In this document: positions 16,410 through 25,616 of the stretch, in pieces
Layout of the letters: each line of letters starts with the position of its first letter
Numbering within the stretch: position 1 is the stretch's first letter
Assembly (NCBI GenBank): GCA_038889235.1
Contig: JAWAHN010000003.1
Span: forward strand, 143,703-175,702
Reading direction: 5' to 3'
DNA from: Candidatus Jordarchaeales archaeon
GTDB lineage: Archaea; Asgardarchaeota; Jordiarchaeia; Jordiarchaeales; Freyrarchaeaceae
DNA length: 32,000 nt
The notes under the pieces: model-generated
The model's input: only the letters and a program-made list of their open reading frames with translations
Databases searched by the model: none
What the model was told of the DNA's origin: nothing
Made by a program: the position numbers and the translations under genes

Positions 16410-17219
16410 TTATTCTCCCTTGAACTGTGGTGCCCGCTTTTCTAGGAAGGCCATAACTCCTTCCATGGCGTCTTTGCTCGCGCTCGCTATGGATGCTAGG
16501 GCGCCCTCAAGGATTAATCCGCTACTTATTGGAGCTTCTGCTCCGAAGTTGAGCGCGTACTTCGTTACACGCTGGGCTATAGGCGGTCCCTGTGCGAGCT
16601 TCATAGCGAAGGCTCTAACCTCTTCCTCAAACTTCTCCCGCGGCACCACTTTGTTGACGAGACCTATCCTGTAGGCTTCCTGGGCGCTTATCGGCTCAGC
16701 TATCAGGCAGAGCTCCTTAGCCTTTGCTAGGCCGACGAGACGTACCAGTCTCTGTGTTCCACCCCACCCTGGGATGATGCCTCTTTGAAGCTCGGGCTGA
16801 CCTATTTGGGCATCCTCAACAGCTATCCTGAAGTCACATGCCAGTGCGAGCTCGCACCCTCCTCCCAGGGCGAACCCGTTTATGGCCGCTATAACTATCT
16901 TGGGGAACCTTTCAATCTTCTGCGTCACTTTCGCCATGTACATTGCCGTCTCAAGCATGCCTACAACTTGCGCAGTTCCTTTCGTCTGCATAAGCGTCAG
17001 CGGCAATGGCTCCTTTAAGTCTGCCCCAGCCGAGAAGAACCTGTCACCGGACCCGGTTATTATCACGACGCGCGTGTCCTTGTCAAACCAGAGCTCGTCG
17101 AGCGCCTTGTCAAGCTCGTCTATGAGCTTCTGGTTTATCGCGTTAGCCTTAGGCCTGTTAAGTATTATCCATGCTAGTGGCGGCTCTTTCTTTAAAATTA
17201 TGGTCTCGTATGTGGACAA
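16410..17219 (-). CDS. Enoyl-CoA hydratase (crotonase family)
   Basis: FFSAGADL, NGFALGGGCELALACDFR and QPELQRGIIPGWGGTQRL, with both catalytic Glu positions present. TTG start with GGAGGGTG SD. Confidence 0.94.
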   Translation of the reverse strand: MSTYETIILKKEPPLAWIILNRPKANAINQKLIDELDKALDELWFDKDTRVVIITGSGDRFFSAGADLKEPLPLTLMQTKGTAQVVGMLETAMYMAKVTQKIERFPKIVIAAINGFALGGGCELALACDFRIAVEDAQIGQPELQRGIIPGWGGTQRLVRLVGLAKAKELCLIAEPISAQEAYRIGLVNKVVPREKFEEEVRAFAMKLAQGPPIAQRVTKYALNFGAEAPISSGLILEGALASIASASKDAMEGVMAFLEKRAPQFKGE

Positions 17220-17430
17220 GACACACCCTCCTTCGGCTTACAAGTTAGGTGGAACTGCAACTGACTTATAAGTTTTGCCGAACACACGCGTCTATCGAAG
17301 CTCTGAAACACCTTAAGCAGCGCTTTACATGCCCCTCTTAGAAAGAAATAAGTGTGTTCGCAGAAAGGTAATCTTGAGTGCTGTCCTTCTTCTAGCTGTG
17401 GTTGGTTCTGAATTTTCGGAGGGAGGCGAG

Positions 17431-18237
17431 TTGGAGGCTGAAAGCGAGTTAATTAGGGAGGCGGCAAGGGTTCTCTCGAGGTCCAGGTATGCGGTGGCAC
17501 TTACAGGTGCCGGGGTTTCAACTGAGTCGGGGATCCCGGATTTCAGGGGGCCATCCGGGGTATGGACGAAGAATCCTGAAGCAGAGAGGAAAGCCTACGA
17601 GGTTTATGAGAAGTTTCTTAGGGATCCGAAGGCATACTGGGAGGATGTGTTGAGGGGGCCTTCACTCTTAGGTGATATTTGGAAGGCGCAGCCGAACCCT
17701 TCGCACTACGCGCTGGCGGAGTTGGAGCAGATGGGGATTCTCAAGTGCGTTATCACGCAAAACATTGACAACTTACACCAGAAGGCTGGTAGTAGAAACG
17801 TCTTAGACTTCCACGGGAACATCTTCAAGCTCAGGTGCGTGAGCTGTGGTACGAGGTACGAACGGGTCAACTTCAACGTGGCTGAGGTCTTGTCGAGAGG
17901 CGACGTCCCTAGGTGTAGTAGGTGCAATTACCCGTTAAAATCGGACGTCGTCTACTTTGGCGAGCCGATTCCGGGCGACGTTTACGAGAAAAGCTTGGAG
18001 GAAGTTAGAAGGTGTGATGTTATGATTGTCGCTGGGACCTCGGCTGTTGTGTACCCAGCGGCATACCTTCCAAGGTTAGCGAAGTTCAAGCCGAACCCAG
18101 CGGTGATCATTGAAGTTAACGCCCAGCCTACGCCGCTGACGGAAGAAGTGACAGACTACTTCATTCAGGGCTTAACCGGAAAAATACTCCCAAAAATAGT
18201 TGAAGAAGTTAAGCGATTGAGGGAAGGGCACGCGTGA
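17431..18237 (+). CDS. cobB: NAD-dependent protein deacylase (sirtuin, Sir2/CobB family)
   Basis: LTGAGVSTESGIPDFRG, TQNIDNLH, FHGN, CVSC/CSRC zinc site, GTSAVVYPAA and VN. TTG 17431 after GGAGGGAGG is preferred to ATG 17329. Confidence 0.93.
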   Translation: MEAESELIREAARVLSRSRYAVALTGAGVSTESGIPDFRGPSGVWTKNPEAERKAYEVYEKFLRDPKAYWEDVLRGPSLLGDIWKAQPNPSHYALAELEQMGILKCVITQNIDNLHQKAGSRNVLDFHGNIFKLRCVSCGTRYERVNFNVAEVLSRGDVPRCSRCNYPLKSDVVYFGEPIPGDVYEKSLEEVRRCDVMIVAGTSAVVYPAAYLPRLAKFKPNPAVIIEVNAQPTPLTEEVTDYFIQGLTGKILPKIVEEVKRLREGHA

Positions 18238-18361
18238 AGCTGGGGGATTAATGAGCTGAAGTACACGTGCTTGAAGGATTTTGGTTCCAAAGGACGCTGA
18301 CATGCTAGGCGTGTTCCCGGTGATCCCTGCGGCTTCTGCGGGGGGTGCAGCGGTGTCACCT

Positions 18362-18757
18362 TCACACTACTTCCTTTAAGCTCAGCGCACTCACGTAGCT
18401 CCCAACTTTCATTTTGAGTTTCTCGTCCTCCGTCACCAGTGTGAAGTTGTTGCTTTTTGCCGCGAAAACGTAGGAGGCGTCATAGAACGTGATGCCCAGC
18501 TTAACTGCAATGTCAATCACCTCCTGCTCATGGCAGCTCACATCAACTTTCTTGAGCAACTTGAACACTCTTTTAACTAAAGCTGTCAGTCGGATAGCCT
18601 CCTCGTAACCGACATCCCTTAGCAAGGACACCCTTTTCCACAGAACGTTCCCCACTTCGTATACAGCTAAGTCCAGAGTATAGTTTCCATACAGGACCCC
18701 CACTTTCCTCTCCACCAGAGCTTTAAATATCGATGAGGCATCGAAAAGGAGGCTCAT
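18362..18757 (-). CDS. vapC: VapC PIN-domain toxin
   Basis: LLFDASSI, YEVGNVLWK, ITFYDASYV and LVTEDEKL carry the acidic PIN tetrad. ATGA overlap with the upstream gene. Confidence 0.9.
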   Translation of the reverse strand: MSLLFDASSIFKALVERKVGVLYGNYTLDLAVYEVGNVLWKRVSLLRDVGYEEAIRLTALVKRVFKLLKKVDVSCHEQEVIDIAVKLGITFYDASYVFAAKSNNFTLVTEDEKLKMKVGSYVSALSLKEVV

Positions 18758-18984
18758 CTAAAACCCCTATCCTCCCTCACACTCTTCACCACGAAATCAT
18801 CTGAAAACTTTTCTAGGACGGTGCCAAGCTCATCTAGTTCGCTTTCAATCTCCTCTAACTCCCTCCTCCTCAACTCTTCCTCTATAGCTTTCCTAAGCAA
18901 GTCTGATGGCTTGATGCCGAGCTCTTCGAGTCGCCTCTTCACCTCCAATGGCACCTTCACAGACACCGTTACATATTTACCCAT
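18754..18984 (-). CDS. vapB: VapB-type antitoxin (ribbon-helix-helix-like)
   Basis: TVSVKVPLEVKRRLEELGIKPSDLLRKAIEEEL N-terminus, acidic C-terminus, coupled to the PIN gene. ATG 18984 preferred. Confidence 0.85.
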   Translation of the reverse strand: MGKYVTVSVKVPLEVKRRLEELGIKPSDLLRKAIEEELRRRELEEIESELDELGTVLEKFSDDFVVKSVREDRGFR

Positions 18985-19208
18985 TATAACCACCAATAGT
19001 TACTACATTAATGTAGACATTTAAGGTTTACCTCGCAGCACGGATGGTTCAGAGGTCTGTCCGGAAAGGCGGCGGTAAAGGGTTCCCGGTAGGAGGGACG
19101 AAAAGCTCGTGAAGGGAATGCGGAATTTTGCGGGCTCGTTCACGAAGTCTTAATAAACAGACGTAAACCTAATAGAGTGGTTGTAGTGTTTAGCGGGAGG
19201 AGTTATAC

Positions 19209-20345
19209 GTGCGTTTTGTGTTGCTTGGTGCAGGTGGTATGGGGGAACTTGCCCTAAAAGACCTTGTTGAAAGTGGTGTCGAAAAAATCGTTGTTGCCGA
19301 CTACGATGTAGGGAAGGCGGAGGCCTTAGCGAGGAAATATGGCGGGAGGGTGCACGTTTCAGCCGAATTCGTTGACGCCAATGACCGCAACTCCATGTTG
19401 AGAGTTATGGATGGCGCCGACGTCGTAGCGAGCACTATTGGCCCGTTCAGTGATTATGGTGTTAAAGTTCTTGAGGCGGCGATAGAAGCTGGAGTGAACT
19501 TCGTCGACATATGCGATGATCCACAACCGACTGTCGATGAGCTTAACTTGCACGGCGAAGCTAAGCGGGCGGGTATAACCGCGGTCATAGGTATGGGCAA
19601 CAACCCAGGAGTGGGAAACTTGTGTGCCAGGTACGGCGCGCAGAAGCTGGATGAAGTTGAAGAAATCAAGCTAATCTGGGTTCACCCGGCAATTTCACGA
19701 ACAGGGGAAGCAGCCTTGCTACACGCAATTAGCGCCTTTTCCGGAATGGTCCCCTCTTACCGCGATGGTCAATGGGTTTACGTTGCTGCTGGATCAGAGA
19801 AGGAGGAGGTTGAGTTCCCTGACCCCGTGGGGAAGGTCGAAGTGTACCACTCCGGGCACCCTGAACCCTTAACCATACCAAGGTATATCCATGTCAGAAA
19901 CGTGTCCTGTAAGGGCGGTATTGTCCCAACATGGACTGGGCAGGAATTCATAAAACTCCTCTCCTACGGACTGGGAGATGTAGAGCCCGTCGAGGTTAGG
20001 GGGGTGAAAGTAGTTCCCAGAGAGTTCACGGCATCCCTCCTCAAAAAGGTTGTCCGCAACTTGGGTGGCAGTCTAACTATTGGAGGAAGCGTCAAGGCTT
20101 CGCGCGTGATAGTTAAAGGCAGGAAGGGTGGGGACAAGGTTACTTATACTTACGATAGGATAGGCAATGAGTGGGAGGCGGGAGTCGCACTATCCATAGG
20201 AGCCCAAATGGTTGCTAGAGGCGAAGTCAAGGAGAAAGGCGTTTTTCCACCTGAAGGCTGCATTGAACCTCAAAAGTTCTTTGAAGAACTGAGGAAGAGA
20301 GGGTTAAGGATCGTGGAAAGGATCATCATAGAACACGAGCTTTGA
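19209..20345 (+). CDS. Saccharopine dehydrogenase-like NAD(P)-dependent oxidoreductase (paralog 2)
   Basis: LGAGGMG, STIGPF, FVDICDD, GMGNNPG, GHPEPLTIP and GVFPPEG. GTG start with GGGAGGAG SD. Confidence 0.85.
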   Translation: MRFVLLGAGGMGELALKDLVESGVEKIVVADYDVGKAEALARKYGGRVHVSAEFVDANDRNSMLRVMDGADVVASTIGPFSDYGVKVLEAAIEAGVNFVDICDDPQPTVDELNLHGEAKRAGITAVIGMGNNPGVGNLCARYGAQKLDEVEEIKLIWVHPAISRTGEAALLHAISAFSGMVPSYRDGQWVYVAAGSEKEEVEFPDPVGKVEVYHSGHPEPLTIPRYIHVRNVSCKGGIVPTWTGQEFIKLLSYGLGDVEPVEVRGVKVVPREFTASLLKKVVRNLGGSLTIGGSVKASRVIVKGRKGGDKVTYTYDRIGNEWEAGVALSIGAQMVARGEVKEKGVFPPEGCIEPQKFFEELRKRGLRIVERIIIEHEL

Positions 20346-20639
20346 ACGATTTAAGGCCAAAGAGCCTGTCACCCAGTATATGGCAACCCGTAGAAAGGGT
20401 GCGGCGGCTAAAATACTTCACAGTAAACCTCCAGCGCACAGTAGCCAACCGTCTACTGAGCCCTCTCTGCTTTAGCCCCGACCACGGGGAAGAAAGGCCC
20501 TAAAAAGGTCGTCTCAAAACAGGGGAAAACAAGCGTCCGTGACGGGGGTTTCAGCTAACAAGTAAAAACAGGGTATGAATTTAAGGCTTGCTCCACGTTT
20601 TTCAGTCAAATTCACCGGACAACCGTGCTCTCGAGCCTC

Positions 20640-22487
20640 CTAGTGGAGGGACAGCGGGTTAAGGTTTGGGCCGTGGTCCTGTATGTAGCGTCTCAGTCTC
20701 GAAAGCTGCTCTTTAAGCGTGGTGAAGACCTCAGCTGGGGTTTCAGGAATCTCACTGTATATTTTGAGCATTCTTTCGAATTTCTCAGCGTACTTTTCCA
20801 GCCTTATCGTGAACTGCTTCTTGTATGTCTCTACATCGTACTCTTTGTTTAGCGTTTCCTTAAACAGCTTTTTAAGGTCGCTGTACGTAGGTATGTAGCC
20901 TATCGGCGTGGTCAGTGCTTCTGCCTCTCCTTCCACCCTGCACGCCATCCACTTCAGCCACACTCTCTTGTCCTCCCTGTCAGTCAAGTACCTCCCATTC
21001 TCGCTGAGGAAGTAATTCACCCCGTATATCTTAGGTGGCCTCTTCAGCTTCCGCCCAAACTCTATGTGGTTCCTAATGTATACACCCAGGTTTATGGACA
21101 TGAAGTCTAGGTTAGCGAAGGGGTTAAACTCCAGCTCACCAGGCTTACCTAGGACCGCTGTAGTCCTCTCAGTCTCCATAGAAGCGCCTATGGTGACCAC
21201 GCCGTGAAGCCAGTCGAATGCCTCAACAAGCGGGATCACGTACGTAGAATCCCTAACACCGTAAATTATGGCGCTCACAATGACGCCTTCAGGGTCATCG
21301 TACTTGGGATCTAAGTTGGGGAACGACGAAAGTGGGACAGTGAAGCGAGCATTCGGGTGCGATGCCGGCACAGGGTTACCTTTCTCGTCCTTCATTCCGG
21401 GGAACCATTCGCCGAGGTAATTTCTCCCCTTGTTGGGCAGGTTCTTCTTTGAACCGTTCCAGTAAACTTCTTTGTCCTCCCCTAGAAGGACGTTTGAGAA
21501 TATGACTTCTCCGGGTTTGTTGAGTACATCCCATATCACCGGGTCGTCTTTTGCGTTTATACCGTCAATTATGCCAAATATGCCGATTTCGGGGTTGACC
21601 GCCCTAGCCTCCCCGTCAATCGCCCTGATGAACGCTATGTCGTCGCCAATGATCTTTCCAACCATGCACGTGGAAGTCTTACCCGAAGCAGATGGAAAGG
21701 CGCCGGTGAAGTACAGTAAACCTTTCCGTCCTTCGACCCCTATCACGAACATGTGTTCTGCTAGCCAGCCCTCCCTCAATGCCCTACAAATCGTCAGCCT
21801 TAAAGACAGCTTCTTGAGACCAATGCTATTGCCACCGTACTGCGTGTTGACACTGTAAACGGTTTCAGACGCGAGGTCAATGTATATCCTCCGCTTGCTA
21901 ACGTTCTTACTTCTACAACACTCGTCAAGCTCACCTTGAGAGTGGATAAACTTAAGGAAACTTGCACTCTCGCCCAGCCTAACGAACTCGTCGTAAGCGC
22001 TCCTGTAGAGTATGTTCTCACTGTGGAGGACATAGTATGAATCTGTGACCTGCACCGCCAGAACCTGGAAGGGTGACTTTTTGGGGCCTAAGGAGTAGAA
22101 CCCCACGAGCATCTCCCTGCCCTTCATCGAACCCCTTAGAAGACCGACTATCTCTTCTAAGCCCTCGCGGCGCGGCTTCGTGTTGATAAATGGAATCTTC
22201 TCGTCAGTTAGGATGAAAGTGTCCCCACGAGCCCTAGCCTGATCAAGTGGGCTGTCGAAGTGCACGGTGTGGCCTAGGATCCTCGCGGGCAGCTCCTCAC
22301 CGTTCTCAAGCGCCTTCCTCCTAACGTATTCGTAGTCCTCGCGGCTTCCCGTAGAGATGAAAACGCTTGACGGGTCACAGAGAGATATAACTTCACTTAG
22401 GAAGGCGTGGAGCTCCCTGTTGTTTATCCGTTTAACTCTCTCGAACATCTCCTTGCTCAATCTTTCTTCAAGGTACTCTAAGCCCAT
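20640..22487 (-). CDS. pckG: Phosphoenolpyruvate carboxykinase (GTP)
   Basis: [48 protein letters not shown] and NPFAN. SD GAGGAG. Confidence 0.95.
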   Translation of the reverse strand: MGLEYLEERLSKEMFERVKRINNRELHAFLSEVISLCDPSSVFISTGSREDYEYVRRKALENGEELPARILGHTVHFDSPLDQARARGDTFILTDEKIPFINTKPRREGLEEIVGLLRGSMKGREMLVGFYSLGPKKSPFQVLAVQVTDSYYVLHSENILYRSAYDEFVRLGESASFLKFIHSQGELDECCRSKNVSKRRIYIDLASETVYSVNTQYGGNSIGLKKLSLRLTICRALREGWLAEHMFVIGVEGRKGLLYFTGAFPSASGKTSTCMVGKIIGDDIAFIRAIDGEARAVNPEIGIFGIIDGINAKDDPVIWDVLNKPGEVIFSNVLLGEDKEVYWNGSKKNLPNKGRNYLGEWFPGMKDEKGNPVPASHPNARFTVPLSSFPNLDPKYDDPEGVIVSAIIYGVRDSTYVIPLVEAFDWLHGVVTIGASMETERTTAVLGKPGELEFNPFANLDFMSINLGVYIRNHIEFGRKLKRPPKIYGVNYFLSENGRYLTDREDKRVWLKWMACRVEGEAEALTTPIGYIPTYSDLKKLFKETLNKEYDVETYKKQFTIRLEKYAEKFERMLKIYSEIPETPAEVFTTLKEQLSRLRRYIQDHGPNLNPLSLH

Positions 22488-22546
22488 GTTAGCACAGACT
22501 CCTCAAACGGTTTTCAAGCCACACTTAGGCATATGTAAAGATGCAA

Positions 22547-22561
22547 TTTGTCATAAACAAA
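22547..22561. promoter_or_regulatory. Candidate transcription-factor dyad TTTGT-N5-ACAAA (copy 1)
   Basis: TTTGTCATAAACAAA lies 60-74 nt upstream of pckG. An identical 15-mer occurs at 29642-29656. Confidence 0.35.
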
Positions 22562-22909
22562 GATGCATAAGACTTGGGTCCTATATTTTAAGATTCCTCT
22601 ATAAATTTTACTCCTCAAAATCTTCCTTTCGAAGCGTGAACATTAAGCACTCTTAAGTTTCAACGCTAAGCCGAGATTTGCTTGCAATAAACCTGTTAAT
22701 CTAAGCTTCGAAATGCCCCTCACCTTTAAACAAAATCGAGCACACGTTTCGGTGGTTCACAGCGTGCACAAAAAGGTACCAATAATTCCTGAACAACTTC
22801 TTAAAGCCACTAATCTTCTCCTTCGAGCTGTGAAGAGAAAAAATTTAATATTCTTGCCTTTCTAATAAGGGAATTGTTAAATAAAGGCTTCCCGGAGGGA
22901 GAGAGGGTC

Positions 22910-23416
22910 TTGGCATTAAGAGAGTGGAGCTACCACCAGCCTATCAAGGGGAAAGCGAACATTGACGCATACCTTTCCACGCATTATGCAATGATAGACT
23001 ACTTAATAGAGAAGGACGGAAACATTACTGCAGCTATTAAGGACGGGTGGGAATTGGGAAGAAAAGCAGGGACGCGGTTTTTCGTCAGGTTTTCCGATAA
23101 AATTAAGAAGTACGGCAGGAATCTAGAAGGAGTCGCAAAGGTTCTAAACGAAATCTATGAGTCGATTACCGGAAAAAAGTTTGACGAAATAGAAGTTGGG
23201 GAGAAAACCATAGTATTCGAAGATTACAAGTGCCCACTCTGCGAGGACTATGTTTTCCCCGACGAGTTCAAGAAAGAGGGAAGAGCCTGCATAGCAATTT
23301 CAGGCGTTTTCACAGAAGTGTGCAACCTAGCCGGGCTTAAGGTAAAATGCTGGGAGACCAAGTGCAAGGCTGCGGGAGACGACTGCTGCAGACACGAGCT
23401 TGAGATAACCAAGTAA
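22910..23416 (+). CDS. V4R (4-vinyl reductase)/Bet3-like domain protein 1
   Basis: G.ELGRKAG helix, CPLC, C...SG.F..V and WETKCKAAGDDCCRHEL. TTG 22910 follows GGAGGGAG (the ORF track starts at 22874). Confidence 0.82.
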   Translation: MALREWSYHQPIKGKANIDAYLSTHYAMIDYLIEKDGNITAAIKDGWELGRKAGTRFFVRFSDKIKKYGRNLEGVAKVLNEIYESITGKKFDEIEVGEKTIVFEDYKCPLCEDYVFPDEFKKEGRACIAISGVFTEVCNLAGLKVKCWETKCKAAGDDCCRHELEITK

Positions 23417-23466
23417 AATCCACTTAAAATTTTGAAAAACTTTTTGAGGGTTGGAGGTGTGTTCGC

Positions 23467-23979
23467 TTGGGGTTGAAGGGGTGGATTGCATGGCACGCTG
23501 TGGCTAAAAAAATCGATTTAGAAGCCCTAATCTCGATGACACTTGCAACATATATGACCCTCCTAGAGAAAGAGGGGGATGCCGAAAAAGCTACACGTAT
23601 GCTCTGGAATATCGGAAGGAAGGCTGGAGCCAGAATGCTTGCGAAATATGCTGAGCACGTAGGTAAGCATGCCGTTGAGTTTTACGAGTTCTCCAAAACC
23701 TATAACTTCGCGTACTACTTCTACCTAGGAAAAACGTACGACAAAATATACATAATCCCCGAGGAGAAGAAAATAGTATTCGAAGATTACAATTGCCCCC
23801 TCTGCAAAGGAATACTCGCTCCAAAGGAAATAAGGGATAAAGTCAGGCTATGTGTAATAGTAGACGGCATTTACACCGAAGTGTGCAAGCTTAGAGGCTT
23901 TAATGCTGAAAGCTGGGAGACCAAGTGCAAGGCTGCAGGGGACGAGTGTTGTAGGCATGAGCTGAAACTCATAGAGTGA
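23467..23979 (+). CDS. V4R/Bet3-like domain protein 2 (tandem paralog)
   Basis: IGRKAG, CPLC, C.IVDGIY.EV and WETKCKAAGDECCRHEL. TTG start with GGAGGTG SD. Confidence 0.82.
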   Translation: MGLKGWIAWHAVAKKIDLEALISMTLATYMTLLEKEGDAEKATRMLWNIGRKAGARMLAKYAEHVGKHAVEFYEFSKTYNFAYYFYLGKTYDKIYIIPEEKKIVFEDYNCPLCKGILAPKEIRDKVRLCVIVDGIYTEVCKLRGFNAESWETKCKAAGDECCRHELKLIE

Positions 23980-24020
23980 GGAGAAACATTTTCTCCTCTC
24001 TTCTATTTTAATGACTTTTT
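23978..24020 (+). terminator. Hairpin plus T-rich terminator after the V4R pair
   Basis: Perfect 9-bp stem GAGGAGAAA-cat-TTTCTCCTC at 23978-23998, followed by tcttctattttaatgactttttt. Confidence 0.6.
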
Positions 24021-24422
24021 TCCCTTATTTCTGCTTGCAGTGTCTCCTTCAAGATGGAGGCTTCATAACGTTTCAGAAAGTGTTTTGTCTAGACACGTAG
24101 TAAAGCATGAGAAGTAAAGGTGACTGGGCCCACGTTGCCCGGTGGTGGTCGCGGCGTCGAGCTTAAAAATTGCAGCGTGGTTGCTGGGAGTGCTAGAAGC
24201 CAGGCCACTAAGGGGGCTGACGAAAAAGGGATGCAGGAAGTTGAACAAAGCTTAACGCTAAGAAAATGATAACAGTAAGAGAGTTAACGGGAAAGGTGGC
24301 GTTTTCGAATGATGTTTCTCTTTCACCTATACTCTGTTCTCCTTTTGCCCGGTCTGTGGGAGAAAAGTTAAATGTCAGCTTGTGATTATGACGCTTGGTT
24401 TTCGCCTTGGAGGGTGGGGAGG

Positions 24423-25616
24423 ATGAAGGTTGAGGACGTAAAGAATGTTGCTGTCATCGGAGCGGGCATTATGGGCCACGGAATAGCGCAGCTAGCTGCC
24501 CAATCTGGCTATGAGGTCACGCTTATGGATTTAAAGCAGGAAATACTTGACAGAGCGCTTGAAAAAATAAGGTGGAGCTTGGGTAAGCTCGTCGATAAAG
24601 GCGTTATTCCGAGGGAAAAAGCGGGTGAAATTGCCGGCAGAATAAGGACGACGACAAGTTTAGAGGAAGCGGTTAAGGAAGCAGACTTTGTTGTGGAAGC
24701 TGTAGTGGAAGACGTAAATGTAAAAAAAGACGTTTTTAGAAGAGTGGATGAGCATGCTCCCAAACACGCTGTTCTTGCGTCTAACACAAGCACGCTCCCC
24801 ATAACCGAGATAGCTTCTGCGACTTCTAGGCCCAGCAGGGTTGTCGGAATGCACTTCTTCGCCCCTCCAGTCGTAATGTCTCTAGTTGAAGTTGTGAAAG
24901 GCGGTAAAACGAGTAAGGAGACCTTGCAGCTAGCAGTTGAACTAGCTAGAAGACTGGGAAAAACCGTGATAGTGTGTAGGAAGGACGTCGCCGGCTTTAT
25001 AGTGAACAGGGTCCTAGGGCCCATTCTTCACGAAGCCGCCTGGACTGTTTACAGAGGGGGGGCGACAGTCGAAGAGGTTGACTCAGCCATGGTTCACAAG
25101 GTGGGGCTACCAATAGGCGCCTTTAGGCTGGCAGACTACATTGGAATAGATACCGTGTACATGGCCGGGAAGGCTGTAAGTGAGAGAGACCCCGCCGCGT
25201 TAATGCCATGCCCCATTTTCGAGGAGTACTATAGGAGAGGGTGGCTTGGGCAGAAGACGGGGAGAGGCTTCTATGAGTGGAAGGAGGGGGGCGCGCCCAT
25301 CGTAGCTAGGGAGGTAGGAGAGCGGCTTGACCCGGTGCCCATAATGGCTCCAGCGGTCAACGCTGCCGCATGGCTTGTGAGGAACAAAATAGCAACCGTG
25401 AAAGACGTGGATCTGGGTGTCAGACTTGGGCTTGGGTACCCAAAGGGAATACTCGAGTTAGCCGACACATGGGGGCTTGACAAAGTGGTGTCAACGCTGG
25501 AAGAGAAAAGGAGAATATACGGCGACTACTATACCCCAGACCCTCTCCTGGTGAGAAAGATTAACGAGGGAAAAACAGGTGTCAAAGCTGGAGAGGGATT
25601 CTACAAGTACAAATGA
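24423..25616 (+). CDS. 3-hydroxyacyl-CoA dehydrogenase (paralog 2, two C-terminal domains)
   Basis: GAGIMGHGIAQ, EAVVE, ASNTSTL, GMHFFAPP, GFIVNR, GQKTGRGFY and GVKAGEGFY. ATG 24423 after GGGGAGG gives MKVED, the same start as paralog 1. Confidence 0.94.
   Translation: MKVEDVKNVAVIGAGIMGHGIAQLAAQSGYEVTLMDLKQEILDRALEKIRWSLGKLVDKGVIPREKAGEIAGRIRTTTSLEEAVKEADFVVEAVVEDVNVKKDVFRRVDEHAPKHAVLASNTSTLPITEIASATSRPSRVVGMHFFAPPVVMSLVEVVKGGKTSKETLQLAVELARRLGKTVIVCRKDVAGFIVNRVLGPILHEAAWTVYRGGATVEEVDSAMVHKVGLPIGAFRLADYIGIDTVYMAGKAVSERDPAALMPCPIFEEYYRRGWLGQKTGRGFYEWKEGGAPIVAREVGERLDPVPIMAPAVNAAAWLVRNKIATVKDVDLGVRLGLGYPKGILELADTWGLDKVVSTLEEKRRIYGDYYTPDPLLVRKINEGKTGVKAGEGFYKYK

Noticed and set aside
16300-16674. 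124-aa ORF as an intact gene
   Set aside because: Only the first 15 codons look protein-like. The remainder is antisense to the enoyl-CoA hydratase.
21660-21700. PEPCK P-loop SASGKTS instead of SACGKT
   Set aside because: A conservative Cys-to-Ser change with Lys and the metal ligands intact, so no functional novelty is implied.
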